The notes under the pieces: generated by a model
What the model was told of the DNA's origin: nothing
Databases searched by the model: none
Seen by the model: only the letters and a program-made list of their open reading frames with translations
Shown: positions 48,059-58,160 of the stretch, one piece after another
How positions within the stretch are numbered: position 1 is the first letter of the stretch
Layout of the letters: each line of letters begins with the position of its first letter
Position numbers and translations under genes: made by a program
NCBI GenBank assembly: GCA_963717935.1
Contig: CAVQXP010000004.1
Location: 1,344,001 to 1,408,000, forward strand
Length of the DNA stretch: 64,000 nt
Source of the DNA: Candidatus Eiseniibacteriota bacterium
Lineage (GTDB): Bacteria; Eisenbacteria; RBG-16-71-46
Reading direction: 5' to 3'

Positions 48059-48778
48059 GTGACGATCGACCCCCGGAAGGTCGCGGTCGTGGTGCCGGCC
48101 TGGAACGAGGCCGGCAAGATCGGCGATGTGGTGCGCAAGGTGCCGCGCCGGCTGGTCTCGTGCGTGATCGTGGTGGACGACTGCTCGAGTGACGGGACCG
48201 CGGACGAGGCGCGGGCGGCGGGGGCGGAGCGGGTCGTCCGGCACGAGCGGAACCGCGGCGTGGGCGCCGCGATCCGCACCGGCCTCATGGAGGCGAAGCA
48301 GGCAGGCTACGAGTTCGCGGCCATCCTCTCGGGGGACGACCAGCACGAGCCGGAGGAGCTGCCGCGCGTGCTCGAACCGCTCTTCGCCGGCGAGGCCGAC
48401 CTGGTGCAGGGCTCCCGCTGGCTGCCCGGCGGGGCCACCCCGGGCATCCCGCCTGCGCGCCGCTGGCTCACGCGCATCTATCCGGTGCTCTTCCGGCTGG
48501 CCAGCGGCGCCCCGTGCACCGACGGCACCAACGGCCTGCGCGCCTTCCGCCTCTCGCTGCTCGACGACCCGTGCATCCGGCTCGAGCAGGACTGGCTCGA
48601 CCGCTACGAGCTCGAGCCCTACCTGCTCTACCAGACCCTGCGCTGCGGCCACCGCGTGCGGGAGGTCCCCATCACGGTGCGTTACCATGGACGCGGCACC
48701 AGCAAGATGCACCTGCTGCGCGACGGCTGGCGCATCCTGCGACCGATCGTCTACCTGCGGCTCGGTCTCAAGCACTGA
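48059..48778 (+). CDS. GT2 glycosyltransferase, DPM-synthase-like
   Basis: VVVPAWNE, VVDDCSSD, NRGVGAAIRTG, SGDDQH, DGTNGLRA. Confidence 0.9.
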   Translation: MTIDPRKVAVVVPAWNEAGKIGDVVRKVPRRLVSCVIVVDDCSSDGTADEARAAGAERVVRHERNRGVGAAIRTGLMEAKQAGYEFAAILSGDDQHEPEELPRVLEPLFAGEADLVQGSRWLPGGATPGIPPARRWLTRIYPVLFRLASGAPCTDGTNGLRAFRLSLLDDPCIRLEQDWLDRYELEPYLLYQTLRCGHRVREVPITVRYHGRGTSKMHLLRDGWRILRPIVYLRLGLKH

Positions 48779-48797
48779 TCCCACCCGGAGGATTCAG

Positions 48798-49805
48798 ATG
48801 ACGTCGAATCGACCTGAGGAGAAGGGTCCAGCCGCAAGCGGAGTCCACACGCTGGCGGGTCGCCGCGTGCTGGTCACGGGCGGAGCGGGTTTCGTGGGCT
48901 GCAACCTGGTGCGCCGCCTGCTGCGCGAGGGGGCCCGGGTCACGGTCCTGGACGACCTCTTCACCGGGCGCCGCGAGAACCTGCCCGAATCGGGCTTCGA
49001 GTTCGTGCACGGCTCGGTCTGCGATTCGCCGGCGGTGGAGCGGCTGGTGGGGCTGAGCGAGGTCATCATCCACGCCGCCGCGCGCAACATCGTGGTGTCC
49101 ACGCGCGACCCTCGCGAGGACTACGAGACCAACATCGGCGGCACGCTCAACGTGCTGCTGGCCGCGCGCGCCGCGGGCGGCCGGCGGATCGTCTACACGT
49201 CTTCCACCTCGGTCTACGGCAACCCCCGCTACATGCCGGTCAACGAGGACGACCACCTCTCCCTGCTCACGCCCTACGCCGTCTCGAAGCTCGCGGGCGA
49301 GAACTACTGCATGGCGTTCTACGAGTCCTACGGGTTGACGACGACTGCCGTGCGCTACTCGAACATCTTCGGTCCGGGGCAGGACCCGGCGAACCCCTAT
49401 TGCGGCGTGGTCGCCAAGTTCGCCGAGGCGTTGTTCGCGGGGAAGCCGCCCGTCATCCACGGCGACGGCAACCAGACGCGCGACTTCACCTTCATCGACG
49501 ACGCGGTCGAGGCGACCCTGTTGGCCGCGACCTCGGAGCGGGCCATCGGCGAGGTCTTCAACGTGGGCACGGGTGTCGAGACCCGCGTGAACCAGCTCGC
49601 GGAGATCCTCATCCGCACGATCGGGGTGGACGCCGTGCCGGTGCACAACGACCGGCGTGACGTGGACAACATCCGCCGGCGCGTCGTCAGCATCGAGAAG
49701 GCCCGGCGCGCGCTGCGCTGGGTGCCGGAAGTGACGCTGGAGGAGGGCCTGCGGCGCACGGTGGAGTGGCAGCGCGGAGTGCAGGAGCGGGGCGTTGCGC
49801 GTTGA
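48798..49805 (+). CDS. NAD-dependent nucleotide-sugar epimerase/dehydratase
   Basis: TGGAGFVG, SSTSVYG, YAVSK, RYSNIFGP, GDGNQTRDF; GGAGG RBS. Confidence 0.92.
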   Translation: MTSNRPEEKGPAASGVHTLAGRRVLVTGGAGFVGCNLVRRLLREGARVTVLDDLFTGRRENLPESGFEFVHGSVCDSPAVERLVGLSEVIIHAAARNIVVSTRDPREDYETNIGGTLNVLLAARAAGGRRIVYTSSTSVYGNPRYMPVNEDDHLSLLTPYAVSKLAGENYCMAFYESYGLTTTAVRYSNIFGPGQDPANPYCGVVAKFAEALFAGKPPVIHGDGNQTRDFTFIDDAVEATLLAATSERAIGEVFNVGTGVETRVNQLAEILIRTIGVDAVPVHNDRRDVDNIRRRVVSIEKARRALRWVPEVTLEEGLRRTVEWQRGVQERGVAR

Positions 49806-50019
49806 ACCAGGGCGGCCGGCGGCGGCCACCCGTGGCCTCCGCCGGGTCCCGGTGACCCGGTCGGGCACCGTTTGCGACCGCCCGGTCTGCACCGGTGGCG
49901 GGATCTGGACAGCCTGTCCCGGTCGCCGGGGCGGGCCCGAGCGGGCCCGCCTGGCGGTGGGGCCGGGTGGAGGCGGGTGGTCCGGGCGCCGGGAACTCGT
50001 GGCCGACCCAAGGTTTGCC

Positions 50020-50049
50020 TTGCGCCTGCCGTCAGCGATTTGATAACAT
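50020..50049 (+). promoter_or_regulatory. Sigma70-type promoter (extended -10) of the priming-GT operon
   Basis: TTGCGC (50020-50025)-N18-TAACAT (50044-50049) with TG at 50041-50042. Confidence 0.5.
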
Positions 50050-50055
50050 TCTTGC

Positions 50056-50341
50056 GTTGTGAGGGCCCCGTCGAGTTCCCAGTGGAGGAGGCGCTAGCGC
50101 TCCGTTGCTACAGCGGTTCGCCGTAGGATCGGCCAACACGTTGGTCGCCCGAACGACCTGGCCACCTACCGAGCCCAGGATATGCTTCCGAGGATCGACA
50201 ACTTGCGGTTTCCCCCCCTGTTGCTCGTGGTCGGTCAGACCGGGTCCGAGTGCGATTGCATTAGGCGAGAGCTTTGAGCCGAGGGTTTCTCCACACCCTC
50301 GGCTCTTGCTTCGCGGGCAACGCAACAGAGAGCAAGCATCT
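50056..50341 (+). ncRNA. Candidate structured 5' leader of the priming-GT operon
   Basis: About 285-nt UTR: CGG-TTCG-CCG hairpin 50114-50123, strong stem GAGCCGAGGGT/ACCCTCGGCTC ~50276-50305; shares motifs with leader 6903-7140. Confidence 0.35.
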
Positions 50342-51262
50342 ATGGAGCCCAACATCCTCGCCTCCACGCACAAGAGCGCGGCTCCGGGCGCCGACGGCTG
50401 GCCCCCCCAGCTGGGTGAGTCCGCGCGGGTATCCCCCCGGGACGGGACGGCGGCCGTTTCGAGGCCCGTGGTTGCGACCGGCACACACGCGATGGCAGGC
50501 CTCAGCGGCGCGGCCGCGGCCGTCCGTAACGGCGGGAACGGCCCCGTGAGAGCGAACGGAAACGGCAACGGCAACGCCGGCTGGCCCGAGTTGGTCCTGC
50601 TCCCGGGCGGCGCGCTCGCCCGGGCCCTCCCGGCCTACGAAGCACCGGCCGAGACCGGCCTGTACCTGTGCTTCGGCAAGCGCTTGCTCGACCTCCTGGG
50701 TGCGTCGCTCGGCCTCCTCCTCAGCTCGCCGTTGCTGTTGATCGCCGCGATCCTCATCAAGCTCGAATCTCGCGGGCCCGTGATCTACAAGTCCGTCCGC
50801 GTCGGCCGCGGCGCGCGGCCCTTCACCTTCTTGAAGCTGCGCTCGATGGTGGACGGAGCGGACCAGCACCGGCACAAGCTCTCCCACCTGAACGAGACCG
50901 ACGGTCCGGTCTTCAAGATCGCGGCCGACCCCCGCATGACACGCGTCGGCCGGCTGCTGCGCGTGACCAGCATCGACGAGATCCCACAGCTCTGGAACGT
51001 GCTCCGGGGTGAGATGAGCCTCGTCGGGCCGCGCCCGCCCATCGCCGAGGAGGTCGTGCAGTACGAGCCCTGGCAGCTGCGTCGGCTGGACGTGGTGCCG
51101 GGCATCACGTGCCTCTGGCAGATCAGCGGCCGCAGCCGCATCGGTTTCCAGGAGTGGATGCGGCTCGATCTGGAGTACATCCGGCACCGCTCGTTCTGGC
51201 TCGACCTGAAGATCCTGATTCGGACGATCCCCGCGGTGCTGTCCCGCGAGGGCGCCTTCTGA
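50342..51262 (+). CDS. Priming phosphoglycosyl transferase (bacterial sugar transferase, WcaJ/EpsL-type C-terminal domain)
   Basis: KRLLDL, single TM, KLRSM, DPRMTRVGRLLRVTSIDEIPQLWNVLRGEMSLVGPRP, PGITCLWQISGRS, DLEY. Confidence 0.95.
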   Translation: MEPNILASTHKSAAPGADGWPPQLGESARVSPRDGTAAVSRPVVATGTHAMAGLSGAAAAVRNGGNGPVRANGNGNGNAGWPELVLLPGGALARALPAYEAPAETGLYLCFGKRLLDLLGASLGLLLSSPLLLIAAILIKLESRGPVIYKSVRVGRGARPFTFLKLRSMVDGADQHRHKLSHLNETDGPVFKIAADPRMTRVGRLLRVTSIDEIPQLWNVLRGEMSLVGPRPPIAEEVVQYEPWQLRRLDVVPGITCLWQISGRSRIGFQEWMRLDLEYIRHRSFWLDLKILIRTIPAVLSREGAF

Positions 51263-51381
51263 TCCCGCCCGCCGGACCGGAGTAGCCGCCGAGGACCCGC
51301 CGCCGGCCGACCGGCCGTCGCGCCCCCGTCTCCGTACCCTGCCCGCGATCTCATCGCCAGCGTGCTCACCGTGGGTGCAGA

Positions 51382-51651
51382 ATGGCCGATCTCCTAGTAG
51401 TATCAGGCTCCGCTCTTCGTGGACCGGTTCTGGCCAGGCTTCGTGGGACAGCCTCGGCATCTGGAGCGGGAGCTGGACGGGAGATGGATGGGCGCGCGCG
51501 GTGCGTGGATCGCACTCAGCCGCCCCACGATCCCCAACAGATGGGCGCCTGCAACGGCAGGCGCTTCCTGGAGGCCATGGCGTGGGAGGACTCTGCGGTG
51601 GAGTCGCTCCGCGCCTACCGGACCCTGTGCGAGCCAAGACCGAACGCCTGA
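51382..51651 (+). pseudogene. Degenerate C-terminal remnant of a GT4 glycosyltransferase
   Basis: DPQQMGACNGRRFLEAMAWEDSAVESLRAYRTLC resembles the terminal helices of GT4 enzymes; no upstream domains. Confidence 0.45.
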
Positions 51652-52826
51652 GGCTGCTGCTGGTCGAGAGCGGCACCGCCGTCGGCGGCACCGAGCGGGT
51701 GGTGTGGGAGCTGGCCACGCGCCTGCCCCGCGCCCGCTGGGACGTGCGCGTGTGGCTCTCGCCGGTGCCGGGCGTGGACGAGTTCGCCAGCGCCCTCGAG
51801 GCTCACGGCCTCCCGGTCACCCGGGTCGCCGAGGTGGATTCGCGCTGGGACTGGCCCTGCATGCTGGGGACCTGGCGGCGACTCCGGCGCGAGCGGCCCG
51901 ACCTGCTTCACGTCCACCATGTGTGGCCCGCGGCCGACCGCTACCTCGCGACGCTGGCGGAGGCCGCAGGCGTGCCCCACCTGGTGGTGACCGAGCACAT
52001 CGAGGGTCACGCGCACTCCACCGCGCAGGGCCGGCTCAAGCGGCGCGAGCTCGCGCGGGCCGAGGTCGTCACGGCGGTCAGCGCGGCGGTGGCCGATTCG
52101 CTGATGCGTGATTATGGCGTGGACCGCGCGCGGGTGCGGGTCGTGCCGAATGGCGCCGAGTTGCCGGACGAGGATGCCGAGCAGCCCGCGGCGCGGCGCG
52201 TGCGCGAGCAACTCGGCGCGGGCGCGCTGCGGCCGCTGTGGGTATGTGCGGGGCGGCTCGAGCACCAGAAGGGCCAGGACGTGCTGCTCGACGCGCTGGC
52301 GGAGGTCCGCCGGCGGGGGCTCGAGTTCGTGGCGGCGCTGGCGGGCGAAGGCTCGCTGCGCGGAGCGCTCGAGCAGCGAGCCCGCTCGCTCGGGATCGAG
52401 GCCAACGTGCGCTTCCTCGGGCAGGTCGAGGACCTGGGCCCGTTGCTCACCGCCGCGGACGCGGTGGTGCTGCCGTCGCGCTGGGAGGGCATGCCGCTCG
52501 TGCTGCTCGAGGCGCTGGCGCGCGCGCGCCCGGTGGTGGCGAGCGCGGTGGGCGGCGTGCCCGAGGTGGTGACGGACGGAGAGCACGCGCGGCTCGTGCC
52601 GCCCGAGGACGCCCGCGCTCTCGCCGAGGCGCTCGAGGACTTCCATCGCCATCCCGACCCGGCGCTGCGCCTGGGGCGCCACGCGGCGGCGCGGGTGCGA
52701 GAGAGCTTCACCTGGCCGCGCGTGGTCGAAGCCTTCGAGTCGGTGTACGACGAGGTGCTGGGCCTCGCGAGCTTCGCCGTCGAGGACGCCCGCACGCCGG
52801 ACGCCGGACGCGGGGGCCCGCGATGA
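51627..52826 (+). CDS. GT4 glycosyltransferase
   Basis: VGGTERVV, HVHH, TEH, VPNG, GRLEHQKGQD, PSRWEGMPLVLLEA. Confidence 0.92.
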   Translation: MRAKTERLRLLLVESGTAVGGTERVVWELATRLPRARWDVRVWLSPVPGVDEFASALEAHGLPVTRVAEVDSRWDWPCMLGTWRRLRRERPDLLHVHHVWPAADRYLATLAEAAGVPHLVVTEHIEGHAHSTAQGRLKRRELARAEVVTAVSAAVADSLMRDYGVDRARVRVVPNGAELPDEDAEQPAARRVREQLGAGALRPLWVCAGRLEHQKGQDVLLDALAEVRRRGLEFVAALAGEGSLRGALEQRARSLGIEANVRFLGQVEDLGPLLTAADAVVLPSRWEGMPLVLLEALARARPVVASAVGGVPEVVTDGEHARLVPPEDARALAEALEDFHRHPDPALRLGRHAAARVRESFTWPRVVEAFESVYDEVLGLASFAVEDARTPDAGRGGPR

Positions 52827-53845
52827 GGATCGGGGTGGTGGTGTCGTGCTACCGGCAGGAGCGGTTCCTCGCCCGGACCGTGGCGGCGATCGAGCGCGCG
52901 CTCGAAGGCGAGGACTGGCAGGGCGTGCTGGAGTTCGCCGCGCCGTCGGACGAGCCGCTGCCCCCGCGTTCGGGACGCTGGCGGGTGATCTCGAGCTTCG
53001 ACCCGGTGACGCGGCGTCCGTCGCGTCCGCTCACGCCGGGCGCGGGCCGCATGCTGGGCTTCGCCGCCTGCGGGGGCGACTGGGTGTTGTTCGCGGACTC
53101 CGACATGGAGCTCGACGCCTCCTGGGTGCGCGCGATCATCGCGACCGCGGCCCGCGAGCCCCGGCTGGGCGGGATCGGTGGCCGGATCGAGGAGTGGTTC
53201 GTGGATGGCCCCGTGGAGCGGCCGGGCAAGCACGACATGTACGGCACGGGAGACCGCGACCGCGCCGTGGGCTATTTCGGGAACGTCGCCTTCTACCGGC
53301 GCGAGGCGCTGGCCGCCGCCGGCGGCTACGACGTGCGGCTCAGCTCGGACGAGGATTTCGAGCTGGGCATGAGGCTCCGCTGGCTGGGGTTCGAGTTGCG
53401 CTCGCTGGGCGTGCGCGCCGGCCGGCACTGGAGCGCGCCGCGCCCGAGCTTCCCGGAGCTCTCCCGCCGCTGGCGGACGGGGCTGTGCTTCGGGCAGGGC
53501 CAGGTGTTGAGGCTCTATCTCGGGCGCCGCGGATTCGGCACGCTGCTCGGGAGGCAATGGCTCTACATCGCCACGCTCGGGATCTGGTCGCTGGGCGTGG
53601 CGACGCTCGTGGCGTGGCTCGTGTCGGGTGACCCTCGCCTGCTCGCGCGCTGGGTGGTGCTCCTGCTGGCGTTGCTCGCGTTCATGACCGTCCGCAAGCG
53701 GAGCCCGCGGCTCGCGGTGCATTCGCTGCTCACCTGGACCCTGAACGGGCTCGGTATGCTGGTCGGGTTGACGCGGCCGCCGCGCGCGGAGCGACCGGCG
53801 GTCGCCGGCGCCGCGGGGCCCGGTGGCGGGGAGGCGGCATGCTGA
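52823..53845 (+). CDS. GT2 glycosyltransferase with C-terminal TM helices
   Basis: MRIGVVVSCY, FADSD (DxD), GGYD, EDFELGMRL, C-terminal hydrophobic segments. Confidence 0.85.
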   Translation: MRIGVVVSCYRQERFLARTVAAIERALEGEDWQGVLEFAAPSDEPLPPRSGRWRVISSFDPVTRRPSRPLTPGAGRMLGFAACGGDWVLFADSDMELDASWVRAIIATAAREPRLGGIGGRIEEWFVDGPVERPGKHDMYGTGDRDRAVGYFGNVAFYRREALAAAGGYDVRLSSDEDFELGMRLRWLGFELRSLGVRAGRHWSAPRPSFPELSRRWRTGLCFGQGQVLRLYLGRRGFGTLLGRQWLYIATLGIWSLGVATLVAWLVSGDPRLLARWVVLLLALLAFMTVRKRSPRLAVHSLLTWTLNGLGMLVGLTRPPRAERPAVAGAAGPGGGEAAC

Positions 53846-55058
53846 TCCACGCCGCCACCGACAACGACATCCATCCCCCGTTGTTCGGCGGGCCGCAGCG
53901 CACCTTCGGGCTGTTGCGCGGCCTGGCCCGCCGCCACGAGGTCGAGGCGCTCTGCGTGGTCCCGAACCGGAACCAGGCCCCGCGCGAGGAGCGCGCGGCG
54001 GGGGTGAGGATCCTGCGCCGCAAGGCCTGGTACACGAGCGCGGTGTGGCGGCTCGAACAGGCGCGGCTCGCGCCCATGTTCCTCGCCGCCGCCGGGCACA
54101 CGCTCGCGGCGGGGCGCCTGGCGCGCGCCTTCTCGGCGCCCGCGGAGGCGCTGCTGGCCGACCTGAATCTGAGCGGGCTGTTCGGTGCGGACCCGGCCCC
54201 GCTGAAGGTCTACACGGCGCACAACGTCGAGTTCGACCATTTCCGCACGGCTCGCGCCGAGGTGGTGGGGCCTGCGTTCTGGGGCGCGCGCCTGCGCGCC
54301 CTCGAGACGCGCGCGGTGGAGCGCGCCGGCCTCACCGTGGTGTGCGGCGACGAGGACGCGGCGCGGCTGCGGGAGCTCTACGGGGCCCGCGACGAGTCGC
54401 TGGCCGTCATCCCGAACGGCTTCGACGAGACCGCGGTCCACGCGCCGTCCCCCGAAGAGCGCGCGCGGGCGCGCGCGGCCCTCGGCCTGGGCGAGCGCGA
54501 GTACGCGGCGCTCTTCGTGGGCTCGGACTTCCCCCACAACCGTGCGGCGCTCGCCTGGCTCATGGACCGCGTCATGCCGCCGCTGGCGGGCGAGGGCTTC
54601 CGGTTGCTGGTCGCGGGCTCGGTCACGCGCTCGCTCGCCGGGCGGCGCGAGGGCTGGCTGCTCGCGCGGCCCGAGACGCCGGACCTCGCGCCGATGCTCC
54701 AGGCTGCGGACGCGGGCCTCAACCCGGTGACCAGCGGCGGTGGCAGCAACGTGAAGCTCCCGACCTATCTGGCGGCCGGGCTCGCGGTGCTGAGCACGCC
54801 CTTCGGGTTGCGTGGCTTCGCGTCACTCAAACCCTGGGTCGTGACTGCGGGATTGGAGGGGCTGACCGAGGCGCTGCGCACGCGCCCGGCCGGCTGGCTG
54901 GCGCGCGGACTGCCGATGCCGGTCGAGGTGGTGGAGCACGCCTGGGGCCGGCTGGGCGAGCGGTTGGGCGAGATGCTGGAAGCGAAGCGACGGGGCAAGG
55001 ACATCCACACCGCCCGTGGGGGCCCCTCGGCGTCCGCGGTGGGGGGGCGGGCGCATGA
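53839..55058 (+). CDS. GT4 glycosyltransferase (probable frameshift near the 3' end; true stop likely TGA 55056-55058)
   Basis: PPLFGGPQR, AHNVE, IPNG, LFVGSDFPHN, SGGGSNVKLPTYLAAG; the tracked ORF runs on through the next gene out of frame. Confidence 0.8.
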
Positions 55059-56182
55059 GAATCGCGATGATCGGGCAGAAGGGCATCCCGGCCACCTACG
55101 GCGGCATCGAGCGCCACGTCGAGGAGATCGCGCGACGGCTCGCGGCCATGGGACACCAGGTGGACGTCTTCTGCCGGCTTCACTACACGGCGCCGGGGAC
55201 GACCTGCCACGGCGTCCGCCTGCTGCGGCGTCCGAGTGTGCACACCAAGCACTTCGACACCCTGACGCACGTGGTCTGGGCCACGGCCGAGTCCATGATG
55301 CGACGTTACGACATCGTCCAGTTCCACGCCCTGGGCCCGTCGGTGTTCGCGTGGCTGCCGCGTCTGAGCGGGGCCCGCACCGTGGTCACCGTGCACGGCC
55401 TCGACTGGCAGCGCGAGAAGTGGGGCATGGTTGCGTCGTGGTTCCTCAAGCAGTGCGAGGGGCCGGCCGCGCATTTCCCGGACCGCACCATCGTGGTCTC
55501 GAAGACGCTGCGCGACTACTTCAACGCCCACCACCACTGCGACGCCGCGTTCATCCCCAACGGCACGAACCTGCTGCCGGCGCGCCCGGCGCGCAGGATC
55601 CTGCAACTCGGGCTCACGCCCGGCAAGTACGTGCTCTTCGTCGGGCGCCTGGTGCCCGAGAAGGGCGTGCACTTCCTGTGCGAGGCGTTCTCGAAGATCG
55701 ACACCGACATGAAGCTCGCGCTGGTGGGGGGCACCGCGGCCTCCGAGGACTACGTCAACCTCATCCGGGGCTACGAGAGCGACCGCATCCGGCTGCTCGA
55801 CTACGTCTACGGCGAGGGGCTCGAGGAGCTGTGGAGCAACGCCTACCTGGTGGTGCAGCCCTCCACCATGGAGGGGCTCTCGATCGCGTTGCTCGAGGCG
55901 CTCTCCTACGGGCGCTGCGTGCTGCTCTCGGACATCCCCGAGAACCTGGAGGTGGCCGAGGAGTGCGCCGTGCCGTTCAAGAGCCGCGACGTGGAGGACC
56001 TGCGTGTCAAACTCGAGGCGCTGCTGCGCGACCCCGCCCTGGTGAAGAGCTTCGAGTCGAAGGCGCAGGAGCACATCCGCCAGCACTACTCGTGGGACCG
56101 CGTGGCGAAGAACACCGAGACCGTCTACCTGGACCTGCTCGGGGGCCGCCGCCGGCGCGGCCAAGAGCGCCTCACAGAATGA
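55055..56182 (+). CDS. GT4 glycosyltransferase
   Basis: MRIAMIGQKGIPATYGGIERHVEE, HGLDWQREKW, VGRLVPEKG, EGLSIALLEALSYG. Confidence 0.93.
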   Translation: MRIAMIGQKGIPATYGGIERHVEEIARRLAAMGHQVDVFCRLHYTAPGTTCHGVRLLRRPSVHTKHFDTLTHVVWATAESMMRRYDIVQFHALGPSVFAWLPRLSGARTVVTVHGLDWQREKWGMVASWFLKQCEGPAAHFPDRTIVVSKTLRDYFNAHHHCDAAFIPNGTNLLPARPARRILQLGLTPGKYVLFVGRLVPEKGVHFLCEAFSKIDTDMKLALVGGTAASEDYVNLIRGYESDRIRLLDYVYGEGLEELWSNAYLVVQPSTMEGLSIALLEALSYGRCVLLSDIPENLEVAEECAVPFKSRDVEDLRVKLEALLRDPALVKSFESKAQEHIRQHYSWDRVAKNTETVYLDLLGGRRRRGQERLTE

Positions 56183-56368
56183 GTGCAGGCGGGCCTGCAG
56201 GGCGGACGCCTGGCGCTCGTGCGCGAGGCGCCGCTCCGGCTGCCGGTCTGCGGATGCAGCAGCAACCTGCGTGGTTTGCGAGCGGCTGCGCCGCCACGGT
56301 ACGATAGCCGCTGTCCCCCTTCGACTGACGAATCCACATTCCACACTCAGGCGTATGGGGGTCGCACG

Positions 56369-57994
56369 TTGTCCGATGATTCTCTTGCGGGCGATTCGCG
56401 CTCGCTCGGCAGGCGCAGACGGCCGCTCCTTCTCCGGATTGCGCCTCCCATTCTCCTGTTTGTCATGTTCATGGGTTTGTATGGAACAGTCCGATCAAAT
56501 CAGCTGACCCAGGACTCGATGACCTACGCGGCTTCGGTCATCCAGCCGGACACGGCCTTTTTTCACCCGCATCACATCCTATACAACGGCGCCATGCGGA
56601 TGGCCTTCCTCGGTGCTGCACCTTGGCTGAACGGCCCGGACGCCCGACTCCGCTTCCTGCAGTACGTGAACATCTCGCTCAGTGCGTTGCTTCCTGTCGT
56701 CGTCTACGCAGTTTGCATGACCATCGGGGTGCAGATACTGCTCTCGCTGGGGTCAGCCCTGTTGTTTGGGCTGTCCTCGGCCTTCTCCGTCTACAGTTCG
56801 CAAATCGAAGTCTACAATGTGACCGCTCTCTGTCTTTCGCTTGCCGTCCTAGGTCTGACCACGAGAGGTGGATGGCGAGGTCTCCTCGTTCCTGCGGGAT
56901 ATGCACTCGCGATGTGTTTCCACCAGACCGCGCTCTTCTTCGGACTGGCCATCCTGATTACGCATCTCCTGGCCGCGGAGAAGCAGCGCATGTGGATGCG
57001 GCTGTTGCGGGATCTTGTCGTCCCGCTGCTGGCCGTCGGAACCGTTTGCGCGGTCGTGGGTACGAGCCTTGGTCATGCGAGCCCAAGAGCCCTTTGGGCC
57101 TGGCTCACAACCTATGCGCACCTGGGAATCTGGGGCACGACGGGGCTGTCGATCCAGACCCTGCGCGCCGCGTGGATCGGCGGGCGAAGCGCATTCATCG
57201 ATAGCCCCGGTCACCTGCAAAACTACCTTCTTGTCGTGCTCTTGGGACTTTATGTGGCGGTCAGTCTTGTTGGTGAGGGGAAGCGTACGATCGCAGAACG
57301 TAAGTTCGTGGTCGCGCTGTTAGCATGGTGGATTGTCTCGGCGGTGTTCAATGTGTGGTGGGATGGGGGGAACCGCGAGTTCTGGATACTGCCGACGCTC
57401 GCGGCCGTTGTCCTTCTGGCAGCCATCGATGGGGGTGGGGCGGGGATGAAGAGCCTGTGGGTTCGCAGCACCCGGTCCGTGATGCTGATTCTCTGCCTCC
57501 CTCTGCTGCTGACTTCCTACGTTATGCACTATAGGTCAAACCAGCGGCCGAACGAATTCAGGGCGACTGCCCTGGTCTGCGCGGAGGTCATGCGCGACGG
57601 CGACATGATGCTCGCCGTCGGCGGGGACCGTGCCGCATACTACCGCGTGTACCTGATTCCCCGACGAATCGACGTCGCGACCTTGAACGGCTACGATGTC
57701 GCTGGCGTTGCCTTGCGAAGAGGGACCCAGGAGGCGTTCACCCGCGCGTTGCTCGACGTCATCGCTGAGAGGATCGGGGCGACCACGTCCCGCGGGGGCC
57801 GGGCCTTCGTTGATTCGTGGATTCAGGGAGGGGATCTGCCTACGACCCGGTTGGTCAGAGATTTGGACGTCCCGGCGTTCATGGTCGGCCTGGACGAACG
57901 GTTTGTTCTGGAGCCTGTCCACCGCGAGGGGGGGGCTCTGATCTACAGAGTTCTGGCGAAGAAGAGCGGACCGGGGCCTCTCGGCGGCCGATGA
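56369..57994 (+). CDS. Polytopic membrane protein, GT-C/ArnT/DUF2723-like
   Basis: TM1 followed by QDSMTYA...FHPHHILY, SSQIEVY, FHQT; about 10 TM helices then a soluble tail; more AT-rich than neighbours; start (TTG 56369) uncertain. Confidence 0.6.
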   Translation: MSDDSLAGDSRSLGRRRRPLLLRIAPPILLFVMFMGLYGTVRSNQLTQDSMTYAASVIQPDTAFFHPHHILYNGAMRMAFLGAAPWLNGPDARLRFLQYVNISLSALLPVVVYAVCMTIGVQILLSLGSALLFGLSSAFSVYSSQIEVYNVTALCLSLAVLGLTTRGGWRGLLVPAGYALAMCFHQTALFFGLAILITHLLAAEKQRMWMRLLRDLVVPLLAVGTVCAVVGTSLGHASPRALWAWLTTYAHLGIWGTTGLSIQTLRAAWIGGRSAFIDSPGHLQNYLLVVLLGLYVAVSLVGEGKRTIAERKFVVALLAWWIVSAVFNVWWDGGNREFWILPTLAAVVLLAAIDGGGAGMKSLWVRSTRSVMLILCLPLLLTSYVMHYRSNQRPNEFRATALVCAEVMRDGDMMLAVGGDRAAYYRVYLIPRRIDVATLNGYDVAGVALRRGTQEAFTRALLDVIAERIGATTSRGGRAFVDSWIQGGDLPTTRLVRDLDVPAFMVGLDERFVLEPVHREGGALIYRVLAKKSGPGPLGGR

Positions 57995-58160
57995 ACGGTT
58001 TCTCCGGGCCTCCTCACCCGAGGGCAGGCGGTGAACGAGCGCAGTCCTGGAGGAAGGTGGGTCCCATCGGTTTGCGCTGTGACGCCGCGTCTGAGTCGTA
58101 GCCCGGGGATAGTGCCCCTCTCCGGAGCCTGCGCTATAGTGCGGCTGACCCGAGGTCCAA

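Noticed and set aside
50528..50577. AACGG(C/A/G) repeats in the priming-GT gene
   Set aside because: Encodes a short NGNGNGN linker; imperfect and in frame, so not a convincing phase-variation tract
53839..56307. 822-aa fused glycosyltransferase
   Set aside because: The distal half is out-of-frame read-through over the GT4 at 55055..56182, best explained by an indel near the G-runs at ~55015-55050
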